A stretch of 64,000 nt of DNA from assembly GCA_016872415.1 (NCBI GenBank), contig VGZX01000002.1, positions 19,447 to 83,446 of the forward strand, given 5' to 3'. The translations under genes and the position numbers were made by a program. Source of the stretch: SAR202 cluster bacterium. Lineage in GTDB: Bacteria; Chloroflexota; Dehalococcoidia; Lucifugimonadales; Australimonadaceae. Position 1 is the first letter of the stretch. The number at the start of each line of letters is the position of its first letter. The notes below the pieces were generated by a model. That model saw nothing but the letters and a program-made list of their open reading frames with translations, had not been told where the DNA came from and did no database searches. Below are positions 56,174 through 64,000 of this stretch, piece by piece.

Positions 56174-57742
56174 CTACGGCCCGACGACGCGCGCGACGCT
56201 GCGCATGGTGGGCCCGCCGTTGCTCATGCGCTTGGCCTGCATGGGCTGGCCCTTGCCGCAGTTAGGAATGGGGTACAGGTGGAAATCGTTCCCGACCCCG
56301 TCGACGCGCATGAAATAGTCCTTGGAGTCCGACATGACGGCTCCATCGCGGTACAGCCGCCCAATCTCGCCGTGGTTGATCTCGTATACCTGCTTCGCGC
56401 TGATGCGGAAGTTCTCGCGCGACTCGGAGATCGACGGTATGCGGTGGCCCTTCACGTAATAGCCGTGGTCGATGTCCTTGAAGAGCTCCTCCGGGGGCGT
56501 GTCGCCGCTGACGAAAAAGGTGTTGGTCATGCGGACGAGCGGCACCATCGACGCGTCGGTCGCGACGTAGCCGCCATTCGCCTCGACACCGGCGATCGCC
56601 GCCGTCTGACGGCTGGTGAGGAACTCCTCCAGCACGCCATCGCGGATGTGCCACACGCGCCGCGCCTTCGTGCCCTCGTGGTCATACGGGAAGTAACCGA
56701 AGCCCTCGATGGACGCATCGGAGACGGCGTTCACCAGCGGCGAGGCGATCCGCTTGCCGACCTGCGACTCGCCGAGGTCGTTCAGCAGCCACGATCGCCC
56801 GGCGTAACCCGCCTCCATCTTGAGCGCGCGGTCCAGCTCGACGGGGTGGCCGACGATCTCGTGCACCAGCAGCGTGTTGTAGTGCGGATCGGTAACGACG
56901 GGCACGGGGCCCTCGCTCGACGGCAGTGGCGGCGCGTCGGCGGTCTCGACGGTGACCTTGGTCAAGTCGAGGGCGAAGTCGCGCAGCGACGGCAACTGGA
57001 TCGAGGCGTGGTCGTAGCCGCGCTGGAGCACCTCCCACCCGCGTTGGTGCCCGCTGAAGTCATAGAGCTCCATCGGCCCCGTTTCGCCGTTCGCCATCAC
57101 GAACACGAACGCCTCCGACTGCGCGAACGTGTGGTCGATGTTGGCGCCCTCGGAGGAGCAGTAGAGGTTGCGGATGAGCACCGACGACGCGCCGATGCCG
57201 TTGTAGCGCACGGTGGCGCTAAAGCCGGCCACCGCCTTCGATATCTTCCCGACTTCGGCCGCGATCGCCCCAAGCGACAGCGACCGAGGGTCGATCTCGA
57301 AGATCGCGGGCACGGTGTCGACGTGGGCCCGTACCGGCGCGAGCCGCGTGTCGTAGAGGTTGTCGGCGAGGCGGCCGAAACGCCCGCGCGTCGCCGCCTT
57401 GCGCGCGGCGGACGCCCGCGCCCGCTCGTGGGCGTGCTTGACGCCCTCGCGGACGATGGCGCTCATGCGGTGGACGTCGGCGGTGCCGAGCGTGCGTCCG
57501 AAGTAGCCTGGCGCCACGGCGCCCCCGGACTCGGCGAGCACGCGGACGCCGAACGACAGGCCGCGCTCCTCCTGTGTGCTCTTTGGCGCGCCGTTCTCGG
57601 CGTAGACGCCGACGCCCTCGCTTGCCTCGACGCGGATGTCGCAGTGGAGCAAGCCGGCGAGACGCTTGGCGTAGCCCTTGGCGATCCGGGCGATCGCCGG
57701 GCGGACGCGCTCGATGACTTCGATTCCAACGTGCTCGGCCAT
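56174..57742 (-). CDS. tldD: TldD-type zinc metalloprotease
   Basis: TldD/PmbA family with the catalytic HExxxH present (VHEIVGHPVE). ATG 57742 is preceded by GGGAGGGG; the ORF-track GTG at 57760 is an alternative start. Confidence 0.85.
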   Translation of the reverse strand: MAEHVGIEVIERVRPAIARIAKGYAKRLAGLLHCDIRVEASEGVGVYAENGAPKSTQEERGLSFGVRVLAESGGAVAPGYFGRTLGTADVHRMSAIVREGVKHAHERARASAARKAATRGRFGRLADNLYDTRLAPVRAHVDTVPAIFEIDPRSLSLGAIAAEVGKISKAVAGFSATVRYNGIGASSVLIRNLYCSSEGANIDHTFAQSEAFVFVMANGETGPMELYDFSGHQRGWEVLQRGYDHASIQLPSLRDFALDLTKVTVETADAPPLPSSEGPVPVVTDPHYNTLLVHEIVGHPVELDRALKMEAGYAGRSWLLNDLGESQVGKRIASPLVNAVSDASIEGFGYFPYDHEGTKARRVWHIRDGVLEEFLTSRQTAAIAGVEANGGYVATDASMVPLVRMTNTFFVSGDTPPEELFKDIDHGYYVKGHRIPSISESRENFRISAKQVYEINHGEIGRLYRDGAVMSDSKDYFMRVDGVGNDFHLYPIPNCGKGQPMQAKRMSNGGPTMRSVARVVGP

Positions 57743-58063
57743 GACCCCTCCCTCGCGCACTCGGTTCAGGTCTCTCCGCCGCTAAGCCCGCGACGCGGCA
57801 TGGCAGCGGGCGATACCGCGACGCGGGAGCGGACTTGCCTTCCGCTCGCGCCGCCTCCAGCCACCGGGCCCTGGCGACCCGCGATTCGCGCGGCGCCCGC
57901 TCCGGGGTATCCCCCAATGCCGAACGAACCTCCGAATCGGGGATCGTCGATCTCCTAAAGCGATGTCACCTCGATGCCGAACTCGATGGCGGTATGCCTA
58001 TCCGAGCAAATCACATCGCGGTCGCTCGTTCAATGCGCTGTTTTTCTGACGGCATCGTGGCCC

Positions 58064-59764
58064 CTACCAGGTGCTGCCCTTGAGGCCTGGACTGGTGACG
58101 GCACCCTCGCTGGCCGACGACACCGTCAGCGCGTATTTCGCGAAGATGCCGGTGGTATAGCGCGGCGCCGGCGGCGTCCAGCCCTGCCGGCGACGGGCCA
58201 GCTCCGCGTCCGACACCTCGACGTTCAGCTCCCGCTTCGCCACGTCGAGAACGATGATGTCGCCCTCGCGCACGAAGGCGATGTTGCCGCCGCGGTACGC
58301 CTCGGGCGCGATGTGGCCCAGCATCAGCCCGCGCGTGCCGCCGGAGAAACGGCCGTCGGTGATGAGCGCGACCTTCTCGCCGAGGCCCGCGCCGGCGATC
58401 GCGGCCGTGACGCCGAGCATCTCGCGCATGCCGGGGCCGCCGGCCGGCCCCTCGTAGCGCACCACCACCACGTCGCCCGGCTTGATCTTGCCGGCCTGCA
58501 CGGCGGCGAAGCACTCCTCCTCTCGGTCGAACACGCGAGCGGGGCCCCGGTGCAAGGTGCGCTCGTGCCCCGCCAGCTTCACTACGCAACCCTCCGGCGC
58601 GAGGTTGCCGCGCAAGATGGCGATGCCGCCCGATTTCTTGAACGGCTTCTTGTGCGACACGACGACCTGCTGCCCCGGCGTCTCCACCGCTGTCGCCGCG
58701 ACCTGGCCGAGCGTTTGGCCCGTGACGCTGCGCTCCTCGGGGTGGGCGACGCCGGCCGCCACCAGCTCGCGCGACACCAGCCCATAGCCGCCGGCATTGT
58801 AAAGGTCCTCGGCCACGTACAGGCCGCCCGGCTTCATCGTCGCGACGATGGGGGTGCGCTCCGAGATGTCGTCGAAGTCATCGATTTCCAGCGGCACGCC
58901 GGCCTCGCGGGCGATCGCCAGCAGGTGCAGCACCGCGTTCGTCGAACCGCCGGTGGCGGCCACGCCGGCGATGGCGTTCTCGAACGCGCCGCGGGTCAAG
59001 ATGTCCTTCGGCTTCAGATCGCGCTTGACCAGCTCCATCACGAGCTCGCCGGCCTTCCGCGCGGCCTCCGCCTTCGCCTTGCCCAGCGCGGGCACGGCAT
59101 TGGCGCCCGCCGGGCTGAGGCCCAGGAACTCGATCGCCATCGCCATCGTGTTCGCCGTGAACTGTCCGCCGCAGGCGCCCGCGCCGGGACAGGCGGCGTT
59201 CTCGATCGCCGTCAGCTCCTCCAGCGACATCTTGTTGGCGCCGTACGCGCCCACGGCCTCGAACACGTCCACCACGGTGAGGTCGCGGCCCTTGTATTTA
59301 CCCGGCGCGATGGACCCGTTGTAGAGCGCGAGGCCCGGCAGGTTTAGCCGCGTCAGCGCCATGGCCGAGCCGGGGCCGGTCTTGTCGCAGCCAAACAGCG
59401 TCACGATGCCGTCGAACGAGTGCGCGCGCGCAACGAGCTCGATGGAGTCGGCGATGACCTCGCGGCTGACGAGCGAGCCCTTCATCCCCTCGGTGCCCAT
59501 GGTCACGCCATCCGACACCGAAATGGTGTTGAACTCCATGGGCGTGCCGCCGGCGGCGCGGATGCCCTCCTTGACGTACGCCGCCAACTCGCGCTGGTTG
59601 TAGTTGCAGGGCATCGTCTCGATCCATGTCGTCGCGACGCCGATGATCGGCTTGGCGAGGTCTTCGTCGGTGAATCCCATCGCCTTGAGCATTGCTCGCG
59701 CGGGCGCGCGCGACGGGCCGTCCGTCATCACCGCGCTGTGCCGCTTGTAAGGGTTCGTCGCCAT
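58064..59764 (-). CDS. ilvD: Dihydroxy-acid dehydratase
   Basis: 566 aa. The IlvD/Edd family blocks are [24 protein letters not shown] and TDGRFSGGT. Confidence 0.95.
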   Translation of the reverse strand: MATNPYKRHSAVMTDGPSRAPARAMLKAMGFTDEDLAKPIIGVATTWIETMPCNYNQRELAAYVKEGIRAAGGTPMEFNTISVSDGVTMGTEGMKGSLVSREVIADSIELVARAHSFDGIVTLFGCDKTGPGSAMALTRLNLPGLALYNGSIAPGKYKGRDLTVVDVFEAVGAYGANKMSLEELTAIENAACPGAGACGGQFTANTMAMAIEFLGLSPAGANAVPALGKAKAEAARKAGELVMELVKRDLKPKDILTRGAFENAIAGVAATGGSTNAVLHLLAIAREAGVPLEIDDFDDISERTPIVATMKPGGLYVAEDLYNAGGYGLVSRELVAAGVAHPEERSVTGQTLGQVAATAVETPGQQVVVSHKKPFKKSGGIAILRGNLAPEGCVVKLAGHERTLHRGPARVFDREEECFAAVQAGKIKPGDVVVVRYEGPAGGPGMREMLGVTAAIAGAGLGEKVALITDGRFSGGTRGLMLGHIAPEAYRGGNIAFVREGDIIVLDVAKRELNVEVSDAELARRRQGWTPPAPRYTTGIFAKYALTVSSASEGAVTSPGLKGSTW

Positions 59765-59848
59765 GAATGGGCTCCTGTCACGAGGTAGTGCAGGGCATTA
59801 TACGGCGCGGTCTCGCCATGGCGTGCGGTAGACTAGCGGCGCGCCCTC

Positions 59849-60901
59849 GTGGCGCACTCCGTTTCGAGGCCCCCATTGATTCACGTGTTCCACGGCGACG
59901 ACTCCTTCTCCATTCACGAGGCGCTTCGGGCGTTGCGGGAGGCCGTCGGCCCGCGCGAGGCGTGGGATTCCAACATCTCGCGGTTCGAGGGCGACTCGTT
60001 CGACCTCAACAAGTTCGCCGGGGCCGCCATGGTGATGCCCTTCCTCGGCGAGCGCCGTCTGGTGATCGTCCACGGCCTGCTCACGGCCGCCGAATCGCAG
60101 CGTCCCGCCAGGCGGGGCCAACGCGCCCGGCCGGAGCCGGCGACGAGCCCGCACGCGCAGCTCGCGGGCATGCTGGAACAGTTGCCGCCGACCACCGACG
60201 TCGCGTTCGTGGACGGGGCGCTGAAGCGCGACAACCCGCTGCTGGCGGCGCTTGGCAGACTCGGCGGCAAGGCGCGCATGGTCGAGTTTCAGCCGCCGCG
60301 CCACGAAGGGCTGGAGAAGTGGGTGCGCGACCGCGCCGCCGCGCGGGAAATCGCGATCTCGAACGAGGCGGTGAGCCTGATGGCGGAGTACGTCGGCGGC
60401 GACCTGTGGCAGATGAGCAACGAGATCGAAAAGCTGGCCGTGCACGCGGGCGGGCGGCCGATCGAGGCGGAAGCCGTGCGGGCGCTGGTGTCGACCGCGC
60501 GGGAGAGCACCGTGTTCGAGCTCGTGGATGCCGTCATGGAGCGCCGCCTGGATGCCGCGCTGGCCCACCTGGAGCGGTTGCTGCGCGACGGCTCGTCCGG
60601 CCAATCGCTCATCGCGATGATCGCGCGGCAGGCGCGGCTGGTCGCCCTCGCGCAGGCGCTCATGCGCGAGCGGGTGCCTCAGGTAGAGTGGGGCCGGCGT
60701 TTGGGCATCCAGCAGGAGTTCGTGCTGCGGAAGACGGCCGACCAAGCACGCCGCTTTTCGGAGGCCGACGTGCGCGGGCTCTACCGGCTGCTGCTGGCCG
60801 CCGACCTTGCCATGAAGACGGGCGAAACGACGGACGAGCTCGCATTGGTCGACTTGCTGACGCGCGCGGTGGGCCTGCGCTCGCCGAGCGTCCGTCGCTG
60901 A
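59849..60901 (+). CDS. holA: DNA polymerase III delta subunit
   Basis: ...IHVFHGDDSFSIHEALRAL... with ...LWQMSNEIEKLA... further downstream; the pattern is HolA-like. TTG 59876 (GAGG 6 nt upstream) is an alternative start to GTG 59849. Confidence 0.75.
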   Translation: MAHSVSRPPLIHVFHGDDSFSIHEALRALREAVGPREAWDSNISRFEGDSFDLNKFAGAAMVMPFLGERRLVIVHGLLTAAESQRPARRGQRARPEPATSPHAQLAGMLEQLPPTTDVAFVDGALKRDNPLLAALGRLGGKARMVEFQPPRHEGLEKWVRDRAAAREIAISNEAVSLMAEYVGGDLWQMSNEIEKLAVHAGGRPIEAEAVRALVSTARESTVFELVDAVMERRLDAALAHLERLLRDGSSGQSLIAMIARQARLVALAQALMRERVPQVEWGRRLGIQQEFVLRKTADQARRFSEADVRGLYRLLLAADLAMKTGETTDELALVDLLTRAVGLRSPSVRR

Positions 60902-60930
60902 CCGCATCACGAAATGAAAGGCTGAGTTGG

Positions 60931-61446
60931 ATGCAGATCATATACATCGCGGCCGCGTTCGCGGTGGGCGCGGGCAATGCGGTCCAGCTGGCGATGATTA
61001 GCGCGATGGGCCGCCAGCGGGCGCCGTTGGAGGCGTCGTGGACATCGCTCATGGGCACCGTCGCGGGGTTCGCGCTCGTCCTGGGCATCAAGTCGTTGAC
61101 GAACGCCCACGTCGTGCTCCCTGCCCCGTTCGACCGAGTTTCCGCGTGGGCCGTCCTCGCCGTCGCATCCAGCGTCGCGTTGGGGCTCGTCATGCGGGGC
61201 CTGCCGGCCTACCTCGCGATCACGGGCTTCTTCGCCATCGCCCTGCTCACGGGGGTGGCGTTCTTCGGCCCGAAAATCGGCATCGGGCTGTTCCTCGGCG
61301 CCCTGCTCGCGGGCCAGCTCGTGGCGGCGGTGGTGCTGGACCATATCGGCGCGTTCGGCTCGCCGGTGCGCCACATCCACGTTCCGCGCGCGCTGGGCAT
61401 CGTCGCGTTGCTCGGCGGAGTCGCCCTCATCCGTGGCGTTAAATAG
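60931..61446 (+). CDS. DMT-superfamily membrane protein (DUF606/YdcZ-like)
   Basis: ATG 60931 within ORF 59767-61446. It is 171 aa with five predicted TM helices: MQIIYIAAAFAVGAGNAVQLAMISAMG... ...VVLDHIGAFG. Confidence 0.65.
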   Translation: MQIIYIAAAFAVGAGNAVQLAMISAMGRQRAPLEASWTSLMGTVAGFALVLGIKSLTNAHVVLPAPFDRVSAWAVLAVASSVALGLVMRGLPAYLAITGFFAIALLTGVAFFGPKIGIGLFLGALLAGQLVAAVVLDHIGAFGSPVRHIHVPRALGIVALLGGVALIRGVK

Positions 61447-61526
61447 GCATTAAACGACGGCGCTGTTGATAAGCCGCCGGCGAGTGCTATGCTGACGACG
61501 TTGGATCCGCCCAAGGGGAGGGGCTT

Positions 61527-61721
61527 ATGCCGTTCGGATTAGGCTGGCCGGAACTGATCATCGTCTTGGTCATCGTGTTGGTCATCTTTGGCGCCAGCCG
61601 CTTGGCCGACATCGGCGGATCGCTCGGCAAGGGCATCCGCGAGTTCAAGAAGGGCGCGACGGGCGAGGACGAGAAGAAGCCCGAGGCGGCCTCCGAGCCG
61701 AAGACCGAGGCGAAGGGCTAG
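61527..61721 (+). CDS. tatA: Twin-arginine translocase subunit TatA/E
   Basis: [43 protein letters not shown] is the canonical TatA N-terminus (TM, hinge, amphipathic helix). GGGGAGGGG lies upstream. Confidence 0.9.
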   Translation: MPFGLGWPELIIVLVIVLVIFGASRLADIGGSLGKGIREFKKGATGEDEKKPEAASEPKTEAKG

Positions 61722-61763
61722 CCTCGACGCTCATTCCCCGGTCCGTGATCGCTCGGCATCGCC

Positions 61764-61797
61764 GGGCCGCTACCCCCTCGCGGTGGCGGCCCTTTTT
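61764..61797 (+). terminator. Intrinsic terminator after tatA
   Basis: An 11-bp stem, GGGCCGCTACC paired with GGTGGCGGCCC (one G-U pair), with a 7-nt loop and followed by TTTTT (61793-61797). It also abuts the stop of the convergent MFS gene. Confidence 0.75.
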
Positions 61798-63065
61798 CAT
61801 GCCGGCGAGCGCCAAGGCCGCCGCGCCAACGTGACGAGCACCGTGCCGAGGCCGGCCATGCCCCCGAAGGTAAGGAAGGCGGCCCGGTAGCTGTCGGTCA
61901 GGTCGTGGAACAGCCCGGCGAGCAGCGGGCCCAGCGCCGCCCCCAGCCCCGCGGCGAGGAGGCTCACGCCGGAGATGGAGCCGATGGACTCGCGCCCGTA
62001 GTAGGCCGTCAACAGCAGCGTCGGCAGCACCATGAAGCAGCCGACGAGCACACCGAACACGAACGCGAACGCGAACACCTCCGCGATGCCGTCGACCGCG
62101 AGCAGCAGGCCGATGGACAGCGAGAGCAACGCGAACGCGGCCATCGCCAGGCGCCTCGTCGGCACGTGGTCGGCCAGCCAGCCGAACGAGCCACTGCCGG
62201 CCGCGACGCCCACGGAGCCGATGCTCACCGCCGCGGCGCCGGCCGTGACGGCCACGCCACGCTCGATGTAGTAGGACACCTGGTGGAAGCTGACGCCGAT
62301 GAGCACGGTGCTGGACAGCCCCGTCGCCGCCACCAGCAGCCATAGCGTCGGCGTCCGCATCGCCTCGGCCAGGGTCCACGGGTTCGCGTCGGCTTGGAGC
62401 GTGGCGCGGTGGAGCGTGGACTCGACGACGCCCCCGTCGCCGTCCGGGCGCAGGCCCATGTCCTCGGGCCGCCTGACGAGCAAGGCGGCCGCGGGCAGCA
62501 CGCCGAGCAACAGCGCCAGCGTGCCGAGCACCACCCAACCCGCGCGCCAGTTGGTCGCGTTGATGATGAGTTGGAGGCCGAGCGGCGCGATGATGAGCGT
62601 GATCGCCGATGCGGCGAACAGCACGGCGGTGGCCGTGCCGCGCCGGCGGACGAACCACTTGGCGACGGCGACGGGAGTCGCCAGCTGCACCGTGGTCTGA
62701 CCGCCGAAGCGAACGAAGCCGTAGGCGATGACGAAGACGAGGCTGCTGCTGACGCCCGCCACGATGAAGCAGCCGACGGCGACGACGCCCACGGCGACGG
62801 GGATGACGACGCGAGGGCCGTAACGGTCGAGCAGGCGACCGGTGAGCGGGCCGGCCAGGGCGCTGGCGAGCGCGCCGATGCTGGTGGCGCTGGCGATGAG
62901 CGCGCGGCTCCAGCCGAACTCACGGGCGAACACAGGCATGAACACTGACGATACTTCGACCGCGCTGGCGACGCGTGACATGTTCGACGCCGCGGCCACG
63001 GCGACGATGACCCAACCATAGTAAAACGGCATGGACGCCGCCGCCCGCCGGACGACGGTGTTCAA
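61797..63065 (-). CDS. MFS transporter
   Basis: 422 aa with about 12 TM helices. The loop 2-3 motif is PLTGRLLDRYGPR. Confidence 0.8.
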   Translation of the reverse strand: MNTVVRRAAASMPFYYGWVIVAVAAASNMSRVASAVEVSSVFMPVFAREFGWSRALIASATSIGALASALAGPLTGRLLDRYGPRVVIPVAVGVVAVGCFIVAGVSSSLVFVIAYGFVRFGGQTTVQLATPVAVAKWFVRRRGTATAVLFAASAITLIIAPLGLQLIINATNWRAGWVVLGTLALLLGVLPAAALLVRRPEDMGLRPDGDGGVVESTLHRATLQADANPWTLAEAMRTPTLWLLVAATGLSSTVLIGVSFHQVSYYIERGVAVTAGAAAVSIGSVGVAAGSGSFGWLADHVPTRRLAMAAFALLSLSIGLLLAVDGIAEVFAFAFVFGVLVGCFMVLPTLLLTAYYGRESIGSISGVSLLAAGLGAALGPLLAGLFHDLTDSYRAAFLTFGGMAGLGTVLVTLARRPWRSPA

Positions 63066-63069
63066 CGAC

Positions 63070-63828
63070 TTACCTCCGGGCCGGGACTTTGGCCGCGGCC
63101 GGCGTGGCGCCGCGCAACCGCTGGCCCACCCACGCGAGACCGATGCCCAGCTCGTAGAGCACGATGACGGGGACCGCGACGAGCGCCTGATTCACCGGGT
63201 CGAATGTCGGCGTGATGATGGCGCCGACCACGAATGCCAGCACGTAGGCGAAGCGGCGGAAGCGGTGCAGCATGCGCGGGGTGAGCACGCCGACGCGCGC
63301 GAGCAGGAACATGACCACGGGCAGCTCGAACACGACGCCCATCCAGAACATCATCATTGTGAGGACGTTGATATAGCTGGAGATGCGGATGGTGGGGTCG
63401 GCGTATTCGGCCTCGAACGTGAAGAGGAAGTTGAACGCCGGCGGGAAAATGACGTAGTAGCCGAACAGCACGCCCCCCAGGAACGCAAGCAGCGTGCCCG
63501 GCAGCATCAGGTAGAGATAGGTTTTCTCCTGCCGCGTCAGCGCGGGCGCGATGAACAACACCACTTGCAGCAGCACGACCGGCATCGCGAACACGAGGCC
63601 GGCGGTGAACGCCACCTTCATCACCACGCCCACCAGCTCGGCCACCTCGGTATACACCGGCTTGAAGTCGACCTGGTCGAAGCCCGGCCGCAGCAGCCAC
63701 GCCAGCAGCCGGTCGCGGAAGGCGAACGCCGCCGCCGTCGTCGCGACGACGAAGACCGCCGTGATCGTGAGCCTCCGCCGCAGCTCCTCCAGGTGGTCGC
63801 GAAGCGTCATGGCCTGCTCGCTAGCCAC
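63070..63828 (-). CDS. tatC: Twin-arginine translocase subunit TatC
   Basis: MTLRDHLEELRRRL... with six TM helices and ...FNFLFTF.../...TPTFDPVNQ.... ATG 63810 is an alternative start to GTG 63828. Confidence 0.9.
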   Translation of the reverse strand: MASEQAMTLRDHLEELRRRLTITAVFVVATTAAAFAFRDRLLAWLLRPGFDQVDFKPVYTEVAELVGVVMKVAFTAGLVFAMPVVLLQVVLFIAPALTRQEKTYLYLMLPGTLLAFLGGVLFGYYVIFPPAFNFLFTFEAEYADPTIRISSYINVLTMMMFWMGVVFELPVVMFLLARVGVLTPRMLHRFRRFAYVLAFVVGAIITPTFDPVNQALVAVPVIVLYELGIGLAWVGQRLRGATPAAAKVPARR

Positions 63829-64000
63829 GGCCGCGCTCCTGCTCGGCGGACGGGTCGGGCGTCGCCCCTGCCTGCGGCTCTTGGGGCTTCTTCGCCACCA
63901 CGTCGTCGGGCGGCAGCAACGGCTCGCGGGGTATCAGGTCCTTCACTTCCTTCACGTCGAACTGCCTCGTCGCCTCGTCCGCCGTTTCCCGCAACACGCG
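63821..64000 (-). CDS. C-terminal fragment of a gene upstream of tatC (possibly a TatA/B-family protein)
   Basis: The frame is open from the window edge to TAG at 63823-63821. The tail is charged and Pro-rich: ...RVLRETADEATRQFDVKEVKDLIPREPLLPPDDVVAKKPQEPQAGATPDPSAEQERGRG. The function is guessed only from position and composition. Confidence 0.35.
   Translation of the reverse strand, partial: RVLRETADEATRQFDVKEVKDLIPREPLLPPDDVVAKKPQEPQAGATPDPSAEQERGRG

Noticed and set aside
53400-57800. The low-GC region as a classical genomic island, prophage or IS element.
   Set aside because: There is no integrase, transposase or recombinase gene, no tRNA target, and no terminal inverted repeats. The foreign segment is a single ORF with 10-bp direct repeats.

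Overview
A high-GC, gene-dense chromosomal segment with about 60 protein genes. I recognised no rRNA, tRNA, CRISPR array, transposase or integrase by eye. All family names come from reading the translated ORFs and from gene context, not from database searches.

Gene content in order:
- The tail of a System I cytochrome c maturation cluster (ccmC', ccmD-like, and a Cys-type ccmE).
- hspR-grpE-dnaK.
- A block of hydrolase, F420/LLM oxidoreductase, AlkD-like, TauE, HDAC, corA, MrfA-like helicase and DUF503 genes.
- rex, convergent with a complete F1Fo operon (atpZ-B-E-F-H-A-G-D-C).
- A bifunctional-nuclease gene, bioY and an MBL-fold hydrolase.
- A 934-aa surface (S-layer-like) protein with its own strong promoter, a roughly 400-nt leader and a terminator.
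- A lipoprotein with a Pro/Thr linker, then rho, pyrG and a PAC2 gene.
- An overlapping dmpA-like/DUF2520/panB/panC operon, then guaB3.
- CIRCE-hrcA-dnaJ-prmA, then gpsA, thrS and nadB.
- MocA-like, CoA-transferase, SDR and M24 peptidase genes.
- tldD-[foreign ORF]-rmuC-tldE, then ilvD, holA, tatA, an MFS transporter and tatC.

The content (HspR plus HrcA, Rex, PAC2, GuaB3, F420-type LLM) suggests a Chloroflexota/Thermomicrobia-like or actinobacteria-like organism. This is unverified.

Main findings:
1. A low-GC 534-aa ORF bounded by a 10-bp direct repeat is inserted exactly at the rmuC start codon inside a tldD-rmuC-tldE operon. It carries a C-terminal R-N-x3-H (HEPN-like) signature. This is the best candidate for an undescribed toxin or defence module.
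2. A Thr-rich 32-codon leader ORF plus an intrinsic terminator lies upstream of thrS.
3. Rex-box-like 18-mers lie on the atp promoter and upstream of guaB3.
4. A frameshifted orphan hicB.
5. A CxxxY-type CcmE.
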